Below the pieces are notes generated by a model that had not been told where the DNA came from, ran no database searches, and saw only the letters and a list, made by a program, of their open reading frames with translations. From an uncultured Acidobacteriota bacterium (GTDB lineage: Bacteria; Acidobacteriota; Thermoanaerobaculia; UBA5066; Gp7-AA6), in contig CAVXYF010000010.1 of NCBI GenBank assembly GCA_963765835.1, positions 68,899 to 132,898 of the forward strand: DNA of 64,000 nt, given 5' to 3'. Below, piece after piece: positions 30,294-38,964 of this stretch. The translations under genes were made by a program, and so were the position numbers. The first letter of the stretch is position 1; the number at the start of each line of letters is the position of its first letter.

Positions 30294-31199
30294 ATGAAGC
30301 GACGTTCAATTCGCGGGTTTCTCCTTTTCGCCGCCCTCGCCGTGCCGGCCTCGGTTGCCGTGGCGGGTGGTGCCTGGGTGCCCGAACCGGGCGACGGTTC
30401 TTTCAATCTCGGATACTCGAGGAAGCACGCCGCGAGCTCCTGGGACGCCTTCGGCGCGCAGTTCGACAACCCCAGCCAGCACGACTTTCGCTACGCGTAC
30501 CTGGACGGGGACGTCGGGCTCTTCCGTAATCTCTCGGCGCAGTTCCTGCTGACTTTCTTAGACGGCCGGGAGGGCCCCCCCGGAGAGCACGAACGAAACG
30601 TCGGATTCTCCGACGCCTGGTTCGGCCTGAAGTACCAGCTCCGCCGCGGCGCCTACCCAATGGCCCTCGGGGCGTCCCTTCGCACGCCGATGTTCTATGA
30701 CCGCGAAGGACCGTACAACCGGTACGTCTTCGACAACCAGGGGCGGATCGCCGGTCTGAACGACGAGTGGCGGGGAGTGCTGAAGTACGACTACACGATC
30801 CAGTACTACGTGAGCCACTCGTTCCTGGGCGGCGCGGGGTGGGCAAACTTCACGACCGGTTATACGTGGCGGTCCGGATCGCCCGCCGATCAGATCCCCG
30901 CGGTGCTCGAGGCGGGTTACCCGCTGCCGAGGTTCGGAGCGGCGGTCAAGGGCCAGGTCCTCTGGGTGTGGAGTCTCCACAACGACTCGCCGCGGCAGCC
31001 CGACGACCGGTTCGGCGGCAACCCGACGTTCACCTTCAACGACGCGAGCATGGGGCGGGTCGGCGCCGGCTTGATCATCCCGATCCCCCTCGGGCCGAAC
31101 CGCAACTGGAACGTGGAGGTCGGCTACAACAAGTGGGTCTGGGGCCGCTCCGCGCGCAACTACCAGGAGCCGTACTTCTCGATCGGGTATGGCTTTTAG
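30294..31199 (+). CDS. outer-membrane beta-barrel-like secreted protein
   Basis: Signal peptide MKRRSIRGFLLFAALAVPASVAVA, alternating amphipathic strands, C-terminal ...SIGYGF with terminal Phe. Confidence 0.55.
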   Translation: MKRRSIRGFLLFAALAVPASVAVAGGAWVPEPGDGSFNLGYSRKHAASSWDAFGAQFDNPSQHDFRYAYLDGDVGLFRNLSAQFLLTFLDGREGPPGEHERNVGFSDAWFGLKYQLRRGAYPMALGASLRTPMFYDREGPYNRYVFDNQGRIAGLNDEWRGVLKYDYTIQYYVSHSFLGGAGWANFTTGYTWRSGSPADQIPAVLEAGYPLPRFGAAVKGQVLWVWSLHNDSPRQPDDRFGGNPTFTFNDASMGRVGAGLIIPIPLGPNRNWNVEVGYNKWVWGRSARNYQEPYFSIGYGF

Positions 31200-31235
31200 C
31201 GTCTCTCCAGTCGGCTGGGTTCTGACCCCTCCCCC

Positions 31236-31309
31236 GTCATCCTGAGCGAAGCGAAGGATCTCTCGAATTTTAGTGAGAGATCCCTCGTCGCTACGCTCCT
31301 CGGGATGAC
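31236..31309. repeat. MITE/REP-like palindromic element, copy 2
   Basis: GTCATCCTGAGCGAAGCGAAGGATCTCTCGAATTTTAGTGAGAGATCCCTCGTCGCTACGCTCCTCGGGATGAC. Confidence 0.7.
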
Positions 31310-31318
31310 AAGGCCTTC

Positions 31319-33577
31319 CTATCTCTGGAACGCGTACGAAACTTTGAGGAAGAACTGTCTCGAGGAGTGCGCTAGGTCTCCCGAGTCCCGCAGCACGCTC
31401 GAGTCGCCGTACCCCACGAACAGCACCGACTGCCAGTTGAGCTTGTAGGAGAAGAGCGCCGACCCCTCGAAACCACCGCTCCGGCGCGAGACGTCGAACG
31501 TGTAGAGACCCGGGTCGCGCTTCGTCTCCACGTACTGGCCGATCACCCGGAGAAACGCGCGCGCCGAGAACGTATAGGCCGCGCGCAGCCGCGCCACCGT
31601 GGCCGTGAACAACCGTCCCTCGCGGCCCGCCTCTTCCGACCGGACGTCGAGCCACCGCCGGTCCCCCGTGAACTGCAGGTCCAGGTGATCCGTGGGACGC
31701 ACGGTTCCCGAAATCCCGAAGCGGCCGCCGTCACCCACGCGCGCGTTGTCGAAGTCGATGTCCTCGCCGATGAACCCGTTCAATGAGATCCGCGAGACGA
31801 GACGGCCCGGTGAGAGACCGATCGTCCAGGCGACGTTCTTCCGCGACAGGAGCTTCTCCCCGACCCGGATCGAGTCGAAGTTGACGTCCACTTCGCCGCT
31901 CGAGTTCAGCTTGCCGCTGAACTGAACGCCCGAATAGAGACGCCGATCGAGCGTGTCGCCGTCGCGTTCCCACCACCAGTTGACCACGAAGAGAGGCTCG
32001 ATCAGGCTGAGGAAGAAGTTCTTCGGGAAGAACTGGTAACCGAGAAAGTTGCGTCCGTGGCGGAACCCCACCTGCGGCAGGAACCCGTTGTCCGCGCGGA
32101 AATCTTCGGAGATGTCCTCGTAGGTCGTGCGCCACAACCACGTGCGACTCGTGTGCAGCCAGGAGAGGAACCCCGCGCCCGCGTCGAGCTTCCGCCCGTC
32201 CCACTCGTCCGCCAGGTCCGGTCGGTCGGGCGTTTGCGTCGAGCTGTAGAGGAACTGGCCCGTGACCTGGTCGGCCTCGCTCGGCCTCCACTGGAAATCC
32301 GGGCCCAGGACACGGTTGTAGCCGCCCCCCTCGTTCTCGCGGTCCGTGAACAGCAGCCCGGCGAACGACCGTCCGATGTCGTGGCGGGCGCGCGCGATGA
32401 CGTCGAGCGACGAGAAGTCCTGGTCCGCGAGCTCCGACGACTGCGGTCCCGGGATGATGACGCGGCCGCCTCCGCGGTCGTCCGTCACGAGGACCGTGTA
32501 AGCGGTCGCGCCGAGCTTTCCGGTGGCGCGGGCGCCCCACCGCGGGGACGTGATCGTGCGCGTGTACACCGCGAGGATCGGGGTCTCGAGAAGGTCGACG
32601 CCCTCCAGGAAGAACGGCCGTTTCTCCGGAAAGAACAGGGCGAAGCGCTCGTTGGCCGAAATCTGTGCGACGTCCGACTCGATCTGGGAGAAGTCGGGGT
32701 TCACCGTGAGGTCGAGCGCGGTGTCGGCGTTCGGAGTCCACTTCACGTCGAGCCCCGCGTCCCCCTCGATCGGCTCGTTGTGAAACTCGGTCCCCGGCTC
32801 GCCGCTCTCCGGGCGTCCGCTCTCGGATGCCGTCAGGTACGGCGCCACCACGATGTGCCCCCCGCGCGGCAGCCCCGTGATGTTCGTCCACTCGCGGGAG
32901 CGGCAGACGAAGCAGTTCCCGCCGCGGGGAAGCTTGACGTCGAAGATCTGGTAGCGGAAGTCGCGCGGGTAGTTCCGGTACAGCATGAGACCCCACGTCT
33001 GGGGATCCCCCTTCGGGTAGCGGATCGACGTGAGCGGGATCCGCATCTCGACGACCCAACCCAGCGGACCGATCGATCCGGCCGAGTCCCAGAAAAAGTC
33101 GGGGGAAAAGTCCTCGCTGCCGGTCGCGTCGTTCGTGATGCCGTCGTCCTGGATCCCGCGCGCGTTGACGAAAAACTCGACCGCCGAGCGCCGGTCGTTC
33201 TTGGCGTTCAGGATGATCCCGGCGAAGTCCTGCTCCGAAAAGACGTTGTCGCGGTCGACGTAGGGCGCCCGGATCTTCGCGGGATTGGGGTCGCGGCAGT
33301 CGAACGCCACGTAGAGGAACCGCGAGTCGTAGCCGACGTAGGCGATCGTCTGGACGGGAGGCGGGACGTTGTCGCCCACGTTGGTCTCGTACCAGGTCTC
33401 GACCTTCGCGGCCTCCTTCCAGCCCGCGTCGGAGAGGTCGCCGTCGATCCCGATCGCGGAGCCGATCTTCGCCATGGGAATCGGCGGTGCGAACTCGGTG
33501 GCGCCCGGAGCCTGCGCGGCTGCGAGAGCAGGCATACAGAGCGCGCCCAGGAAGACCAGACGGGACAGCCTCTTCAC
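31319..33577 (-). CDS. secreted CBM9-like/DUF5916 family protein, paralog 2 (752 aa)
   Basis: Clean signal peptide MKRLSRLVFLGALCMPALAAAQA. Colinear with paralog 1. Confidence 0.8.
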   Translation of the reverse strand: MKRLSRLVFLGALCMPALAAAQAPGATEFAPPIPMAKIGSAIGIDGDLSDAGWKEAAKVETWYETNVGDNVPPPVQTIAYVGYDSRFLYVAFDCRDPNPAKIRAPYVDRDNVFSEQDFAGIILNAKNDRRSAVEFFVNARGIQDDGITNDATGSEDFSPDFFWDSAGSIGPLGWVVEMRIPLTSIRYPKGDPQTWGLMLYRNYPRDFRYQIFDVKLPRGGNCFVCRSREWTNITGLPRGGHIVVAPYLTASESGRPESGEPGTEFHNEPIEGDAGLDVKWTPNADTALDLTVNPDFSQIESDVAQISANERFALFFPEKRPFFLEGVDLLETPILAVYTRTITSPRWGARATGKLGATAYTVLVTDDRGGGRVIIPGPQSSELADQDFSSLDVIARARHDIGRSFAGLLFTDRENEGGGYNRVLGPDFQWRPSEADQVTGQFLYSSTQTPDRPDLADEWDGRKLDAGAGFLSWLHTSRTWLWRTTYEDISEDFRADNGFLPQVGFRHGRNFLGYQFFPKNFFLSLIEPLFVVNWWWERDGDTLDRRLYSGVQFSGKLNSSGEVDVNFDSIRVGEKLLSRKNVAWTIGLSPGRLVSRISLNGFIGEDIDFDNARVGDGGRFGISGTVRPTDHLDLQFTGDRRWLDVRSEEAGREGRLFTATVARLRAAYTFSARAFLRVIGQYVETKRDPGLYTFDVSRRSGGFEGSALFSYKLNWQSVLFVGYGDSSVLRDSGDLAHSSRQFFLKVSYAFQR

Positions 33578-33620
33578 GCCGAAAAGTTACGGGATTCGCG
33601 ACGAAAGGTTTCGTACGTTT

Positions 33621-33717
33621 GTCATCCTGAGCGCAGCGAAGGATCTCTTGTTTTTCGAGAGATCCTTCGTCGCTCCGCTCCTCAGGATGACAGGGGGAGG
33701 CCGCTCCTCAGGATGAC
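33621..33717. repeat. MITE/REP-like palindromic element, copy 3 (near-perfect hairpin plus partial terminal duplication)
   Basis: GTCATCCTGAGCGCAGCGAAGGATCTCTTGTTTTTCGAGAGATCCTTCGTCGCTCCGCTCCTCAGGATGAC + CCGCTCCTCAGGATGAC. It lies between the DUF5916-2 stop and the dnaE2 stop. Confidence 0.75.
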
Positions 33718-33726
33718 AAGGAGGGG

Positions 33727-36700
33727 CTAATGGAAATCGTGACTGGGCACTTCCTCCAGTTGCGAAAGTCTCCAGAAGCGCTCGCCCTTCACGGACAGCG
33801 TCCCGTCCTGTTTCTGGAGCCGGCCTTCGACCACGAGAGTGCCCGATCCCACGATCACGGTGCGGTACTCGCGGAAGAGGTCGGGCCGCACGATCGCCTG
33901 GCACATGCCGGTCTCGTCCTCGATCGTCAGGAAGACGAATCCCTTCGCGGTCCCGGGCCGCTGGCGCACGATCACCGAGCCGCCGGTCTTGACACGGGTG
34001 CCGTCCGGCAGCCGCGCGATCTCCGCGGCCGAGAGGATTCCCCGGCGGCGGAAATCCGCGCGAAGGTGCTCGATCAGGTGCGGGCCCGTCGTCATCTGGG
34101 TCGCGTCGTAGTCCGCGGCGGTCTCCTCCCGCGGCGTCATGTCCGGTAGCGGCGAAGGATCGTCGGTCGCCATCCCGGCGAAGAGCTCGCCGGACGGGCG
34201 CGCCACCTTCGCGACCTGCCAGAGAGCGCCGCGGCGGGTCCTTCCGAACGATGCAAGCGCGCCCGCGTACGCGAGCCGGACGAGCTCGTCCTCCCGAAGG
34301 GCGCACCGCCGCGCGAGGTCGTCGGCGTTCGCGAACGGCGCCCTCGCCCCCTCGGCCTCGATCGTCTTTCCGGTCGACTCCTTCAGTCCCTGGACGAAGC
34401 GCAGGCCGATCCGCACCGCGCCCTTCTCCCACCGGCACTTCCAGCCGGAGCGCGTGACGTCGATCGGCAGCATCCGCGTGCCGTGCCGCTGCGCGTCCTT
34501 CACGAGCGTCGCGGGGTGGTAGAAGCCCATCGGCCACGAGTTCAGGATCGCGGCATAGAACGCGGCCGGGTGGTGCGCCTTCAAGTACGCGCTCGCGTAC
34601 GCGATCAGCGCGAACGATGCGGCGTGAGACTCCGGGAACCCGTACAGCGCGAACGACGTGATGGACTTCACGATCTGCTCCTGCGCTGCGGGGGCGATCC
34701 CGCGCTCGCTCATCCCCTGCCGCAGCTTCTCCTCGATTGCCGTCATGCGCTCCTGCGAACGCTTGAACCCCATCGCGCGCCGTAGCTCCTCCGCCTCTCC
34801 TCCCGTGAAGCCCGCGGCAACCATCGCGATCCGCAGGAGCTGCTCCTGGAAGAGCGGCACGCCCAGGGTGCGCTTCAGGATGGGCTCGAGGCACGGGTGC
34901 GGGTACTCGACCGGCGCGAGGCCCCGCCTCCGGTCGAAAAAGGGGTGGACCATTCCGCCGACGATCGGGCCAGGGCGGATGATCGCGACCTGCACCACGA
35001 TGTCGTAGAAGGTCTTCGGCGCGTGGCGCGGGAGCGACGCCATCTGCGCGCGGCTCTCGACCTGGAAGAGGCCGACCGTGTCCGCCTCGTTCAGCATCTT
35101 GTAGATGGCGGGGTCGTCCGGCGGCAGGTGGGCGAGGTCCACCTCGACCTTCTCGTTCGTCCGGATCATCGGGATCGCCTCCTCGAGCGCCGCGAGCATC
35201 CCGAGGCCGAGCAGGTCCACCTTGACCATTCCCATGTCGGCGCAGTCGTCCTTGTCCCACTGGACGACGACGCGCCCCGGCATCGACGCGGGCTCGAGCG
35301 GGACGACCTCGTCCAGCCGCCCCGCCGCGATGACCATGCCACCCGAGTGCTGCCCCAGGTGGCGGGGCCGGTTCTGCACCTCCAGCCACAGCCGCATGAA
35401 GTGCCGGGTGCGCCCGTCGCGCGGGTCGAGGCCCGCGGCGGAGACTTCCTTCTCCAGCTCCTCGATGGGCTCCCGGAGCTCTCCGAAGTTCCAGCTCGAC
35501 AGCTGCTTCGAGAGCCGGTCCACCTGTTCGGGGGAGTATCCGAGCGCCTTCCCCACCTCGCGCGCCGCCATCCGGTCGCGGTACGTGATGACGTTCGCGG
35601 TCATCCCCGCGCCGCGGGCGCCATATTTCTCGTAGACGTGCTGTATGACCTTCTCGCGCTGGTCGCCGGAGGGAAGGTCGAGGTCGATGTCGGGCCACTC
35701 GCCCCGCTCCTCCGACAGGAAGCGTTCGAAGAGGAGCTCCATCCTGACCGGATCGACCGCCGTGATCGAGAGCGCGTAACACACCGCGCTGTTCGCGGCG
35801 GACCCGCGGCCCTGCACCAGGATCTTCTGCTCGCCGCAGAACCGGACGATGTCCCAGACGATCAGGAAATAGCCGGCGAGGTCCAGCTTCTCGATCAGGT
35901 CGAGCTCCTTCGCGATCTGCGCCTGCGCGCGCACGGTGAGCGGCCGGAAGCGGGTGCGCGCCCCGTTCCACGCGACCTGGCGTAGGAAGGATGCGGGCGT
36001 CTCTCCGGGGGGCAACGGGTAATCCGGAAACCGGTATCCCAGATCGGCGAGAGTGAAGTCGAGCCTCTGCGAGAGCTCCCACGCGCCGTCGAGCGCGTCG
36101 GGCAGGTCCGCGAAGAGCCGCGACATCTCCGTCGCGCCGAGGAAATGCCGGTGGCGCTCCGCCGCGAGAAGCGCGCCGGCGCGGTCGAGGTCGGTCTTGT
36201 GCTTGAGCGCGGTCAGGACGTCGTGGAGCTCCTTGTCGCGCGGCCGGGCGTAGCGGACTCCGTTCGTCGCGACGAGGGGAAGGCCCCGCGCTCGCGCGAG
36301 CCCGACGAGCGCGCGGTTCGCGTGCTCCTCGTCGCGGAGGTGATGTCGTTGGAGCTCGACCGAGAGGCGGCCGGGGAAGATCGAGGCGAGCCGCCCGAGA
36401 AGATCACCCGCGGCGTCCGGACCAGCGGCGCCGAGCGCGCGCGCGACCGGACTCTGGTCGCCGCCGGTCAGGCAGTGGAGCCCGGCCGCGTGCGCCGCGA
36501 CGTCGTCCCAGGAAACCCGCCCCTCCCCCTTCGGGCGGTCGAGCGCCCCCGTCGAGATCAGCCGGCAGAGGTTCCTGTATCCGACGCGGTTCTCGACGAG
36601 GAGGGTGAGACGGCTCTTCCCGTCATTCCGGCCCTCTCTGTCATTCCGAGGAGCGAAGCGACGAGGAATCTCTGGCTTTTTAGGGAGAGATCCTTCGCTT

Positions 36701-37026
36701 CGCTCAGGATGACCGTCTGCGACGGTCACCTCCGCCCCGACGAGAGCTCGGACTCCCGCCGCCTGCGCGGCCTTGTAAAACCGCGGCGCCCCGTAGACCC
36801 CGTTCGTGTCCACGAGCGCGACCGCCGGCAGTCCGCGGTTGGCGGCTTCCTCGACGAGGTCTTCGGGGAGCGACGAGCCGTCGAGAAAGGAGAACGCCGA
36901 CGCCGCCCGCAGCTCCGCGTACGGCCGCGGCGCTCCGCGGGAGGTGGGCGGTTTCCAGGAGCGCTGACGGAGCCTCTCCTTGCGCGCCCCGGCCGAGACG
37001 ATGCGCGGGTCGGTGGGCTCGAACAT
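33727..37026 (-). CDS. dnaE2: error-prone DNA polymerase (DnaE2/ImuC-type Pol III alpha) with a 31-aa in-frame MITE-derived insertion
   Basis: Continuous 1099-aa ORF. N-terminal PHP motif ELRAASAFSFLDGSSLPEDLVEEAANRGLPAVALVDTNGVYG, palm/fingers motifs (GRGSAANS, PDIDLD). No imuA/imuB upstream. Confidence 0.85.
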   Translation of the reverse strand: MFEPTDPRIVSAGARKERLRQRSWKPPTSRGAPRPYAELRAASAFSFLDGSSLPEDLVEEAANRGLPAVALVDTNGVYGAPRFYKAAQAAGVRALVGAEVTVADGHPERSEGSLPKKPEIPRRFAPRNDREGRNDGKSRLTLLVENRVGYRNLCRLISTGALDRPKGEGRVSWDDVAAHAAGLHCLTGGDQSPVARALGAAGPDAAGDLLGRLASIFPGRLSVELQRHHLRDEEHANRALVGLARARGLPLVATNGVRYARPRDKELHDVLTALKHKTDLDRAGALLAAERHRHFLGATEMSRLFADLPDALDGAWELSQRLDFTLADLGYRFPDYPLPPGETPASFLRQVAWNGARTRFRPLTVRAQAQIAKELDLIEKLDLAGYFLIVWDIVRFCGEQKILVQGRGSAANSAVCYALSITAVDPVRMELLFERFLSEERGEWPDIDLDLPSGDQREKVIQHVYEKYGARGAGMTANVITYRDRMAAREVGKALGYSPEQVDRLSKQLSSWNFGELREPIEELEKEVSAAGLDPRDGRTRHFMRLWLEVQNRPRHLGQHSGGMVIAAGRLDEVVPLEPASMPGRVVVQWDKDDCADMGMVKVDLLGLGMLAALEEAIPMIRTNEKVEVDLAHLPPDDPAIYKMLNEADTVGLFQVESRAQMASLPRHAPKTFYDIVVQVAIIRPGPIVGGMVHPFFDRRRGLAPVEYPHPCLEPILKRTLGVPLFQEQLLRIAMVAAGFTGGEAEELRRAMGFKRSQERMTAIEEKLRQGMSERGIAPAAQEQIVKSITSFALYGFPESHAASFALIAYASAYLKAHHPAAFYAAILNSWPMGFYHPATLVKDAQRHGTRMLPIDVTRSGWKCRWEKGAVRIGLRFVQGLKESTGKTIEAEGARAPFANADDLARRCALREDELVRLAYAGALASFGRTRRGALWQVAKVARPSGELFAGMATDDPSPLPDMTPREETAADYDATQMTTGPHLIEHLRADFRRRGILSAAEIARLPDGTRVKTGGSVIVRQRPGTAKGFVFLTIEDETGMCQAIVRPDLFREYRTVIVGSGTLVVEGRLQKQDGTLSVKGERFWRLSQLEEVPSHDFH
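36622..36713. repeat. MITE/REP-like palindromic element, copy 4, inserted in-frame inside dnaE2
   Basis: CGTCATTCCGGCCCTCTCTGTCATTCCGAGGAGCGAAGCGACGAGGAATCTCTGGCTTTTTAGGGAGAGATCCTTCGCTTCGCTCAGGATGAC. It is read in dnaE2 as HPERSEGSLPKKPEIPRRFAPRNDREGRNDG. Confidence 0.75.
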
Positions 37027-37168
37027 CCCCCGACTCTAGGCGTCAATAAGGCGTAAATCAACAGGAAAGGGGTCAGGTCTCCACTTACCACTTTGCCGCG
37101 TAAACATTGGGCGGACTGAGGTTAACGCGAAGGAAAATGCCCAAGTACCCCCCTCCGAGGGCAGGAGG

Positions 37169-37558
37169 TCAACGACTCCGGTCGGAACCCGCCGTCGCGT
37201 GGCTCTCGAGACGGAGGTCCATCCTCCTCAACCGATCCGCCATGATCCGCATGACCTGCACCGCGAAATTCGGCGTCTGCTGAACGAGAAACTTGAAGCG
37301 CTTCTCGTCGAGTCGCACCACGCGGGAATCGGTTCGCGCAACGGCCGACGCGCTCCTCGCGCCGCCGTCGATCATCGCCATCTCCCCCACGACGCCGCCC
37401 GGCCCGACCGTTTCGACCAGCTCGTCACCGACGAGGATGTCGACCTCTCCCGCTATCACGACGTAGAAGGCATCGCCCAGATCGCCCTCCCGGAAGAGCG
37501 TCTGGCCCGCCGGTACCGACTCGCATTCTTCGGAATCGTGGAAGAGCGTGATGCTCAT
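37169..37558 (-). CDS. stand-alone cyclic-nucleotide-binding (cNMP/CAP effector) domain protein
   Basis: 129 aa. FREGDLGDAFYVVIAGEV...GPGGVVGEMAMIDGGARSASAVA (the G-x-GE...R-SA phosphate-binding cassette pattern). Confidence 0.65.
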   Translation of the reverse strand: MSITLFHDSEECESVPAGQTLFREGDLGDAFYVVIAGEVDILVGDELVETVGPGGVVGEMAMIDGGARSASAVARTDSRVVRLDEKRFKFLVQQTPNFAVQVMRIMADRLRRMDLRLESHATAGSDRSR

Positions 37559-37647
37559 CTGTCTCTCCGTTCGGAGAGGCAGCTTACGCGACCGTTGTTC
37601 GGGGCGGATGTAAAAGGGGCGCGAAGTTCCGGCGACGGCGGAGCGCG

Positions 37648-38493
37648 TCAGACGACCCGGACCGGATCGCCTCGACGGACGACCCCGCCCGAGAGCACCG
37701 ACGCGTACACGCCGACCGACGCCGAGTACATGCCGTTCGGCCCCCGCGCCTCTCCGCCCACGACGGAGTTGTGCCTCGCCGCCGTACGCAGGATCCCGGG
37801 ATCCGCCGGCAGATCCTCCTGCGCGAGCGTCGTCATCACGCACCGGGCGCAGGGGTCGGTGACGGCGAGCCTCACGGAGTCGCCGACCGCGACCGTCTTC
37901 CCGATCCAGCCGTTCTCCACGAAGCCGGTGTCTCCGGTTTCCGACTGGACGAAAAGATTCGGCCGGAACCGGCGCGGGTCGAAACGCCCCTCGGGATAGA
38001 GCTCACCCAGCCTCCCGAGCGTCGCCGTCGTGACGAGGTGGACGACCCCGTAGTCGAAGAACGTGCCGGGCGGCGACCCCTTCGCGAACGTCTCGTCGGT
38101 CACGGAGCGTCCATCCGGGCTCCCGTCGAGCCAGAGCTCCTCCAGGACGGGCGCCCCCGCCGCCGACGTCTCGAGTGTCGCCTTGCGACCGAAGAGTGTC
38201 GAGAGAAGCTCCGCGGCCTCCGGTTCCGCCGCGGAGACGGTTTTGCCGTCCGGCAGCGTGATTCGAACGGCGCCCGCGCCGTCGAGGAACTCGGCGCGGC
38301 ACTCGAAGAGCCGCGCCCACTTGCGCGGATTCTTGGTGCTCGCGACCTTGCCATTCTCCGCGTCGACCAGCGCGTACGCCCGATCGCCCACGAACCCGCG
38401 CTCGGTGAGCTCGCAGGCCTGGAGCTCTTCGCCCAGCATCGACTTGACCGGGTAACGCCAGAGCTCGCGAACCGATCCAGCGGATGTCGTCAT
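37648..38493 (-). CDS. MOSC domain-containing protein (YcbX-like)
   Basis: ATG 38493. LWRYPVKSMLGEEL start, conserved Cys in VTDPCARCVMTT. Confidence 0.75.
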   Translation of the reverse strand: MTTSAGSVRELWRYPVKSMLGEELQACELTERGFVGDRAYALVDAENGKVASTKNPRKWARLFECRAEFLDGAGAVRITLPDGKTVSAAEPEAAELLSTLFGRKATLETSAAGAPVLEELWLDGSPDGRSVTDETFAKGSPPGTFFDYGVVHLVTTATLGRLGELYPEGRFDPRRFRPNLFVQSETGDTGFVENGWIGKTVAVGDSVRLAVTDPCARCVMTTLAQEDLPADPGILRTAARHNSVVGGEARGPNGMYSASVGVYASVLSGGVVRRGDPVRVV

Positions 38494-38504
38494 GTCTTGA
38501 ACAC

Positions 38505-38632
38505 GTCGCGGGGACAGGCCTAAGCAAGTTACGGGGACAGGCCTAAGCAAGTCGCGGGGACAGGTCCCGAAGGGGCCTGCACCCGCAGCAGTACAAGCCC
38601 TGCACCCGTCACCTTGTTCAACCTGCACCCGC
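38505..38632. repeat. repeat family 2, locus B (GTCGCGGGGACAGGCCTAAGCAA x2 + full GTCGCGGGGACAGGTCCCGAAGGGGCCTGCACCCGC + CTGCACCCG x2)
   Basis: Read directly. It begins 12 nt upstream of the MOSC start codon. Confidence 0.65.
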
Positions 38633-38645
38633 CTCCTTATCTTCT

Positions 38646-38945
38646 CTACTCGACGAGCGTGAAGACTTCCCGGTAACCGTTGTCGACGAGAGGCACGAAC
38701 TTCTGATACCAGCCCTTCCACTCCTCCGCGCCCATCTCGTTCTCCCACTCCTTCTCCATGGCGGCGAGCGACGGAAACTCTTCCTCCATCACGAGCGTGT
38801 AGAAGGGTCCGACGAGATCCGTCATCGCCCGCATCTTCTCGCCGGAACCCGTCCGGCGCGCGATATCCCGCCCCTCCTTCCAGAGGGCCAGCGCGTCCTT
38901 TGCTTTTCCAAACTTGAGGCGGAAGACGTTGCGAACCACGATCAT
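38646..38945 (-). CDS. NIPSNAP/Dabb-like small stress-related protein
   Basis: 99 aa. MIVVRNVFRLKFGK...FYTLVMEEEFPSLAAMEKEWE. Confidence 0.5.
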   Translation of the reverse strand: MIVVRNVFRLKFGKAKDALALWKEGRDIARRTGSGEKMRAMTDLVGPFYTLVMEEEFPSLAAMEKEWENEMGAEEWKGWYQKFVPLVDNGYREVFTLVE

Positions 38946-38964
38946 CGAAGCCTCCGTTCCGTTG

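Noticed and set aside
33587-36082. 831-aa ORF overlapping dnaE2 in another frame, and further shadow ORFs 44854-46677-, 46426-48342+, 46721-48283-, 49636-51384+, 55566-57788+
   Set aside because: Same reasoning as above: shadow frames of dnaE2, lhr, GH44 and the peptidase genes with no motifs of their own.
37169-38748. imuA/imuB-like genes upstream of dnaE2
   Set aside because: The upstream genes are a cNMP-binding protein and a MOSC-domain protein. Neither has a RecA/SulA-like or Y-family polymerase fold.
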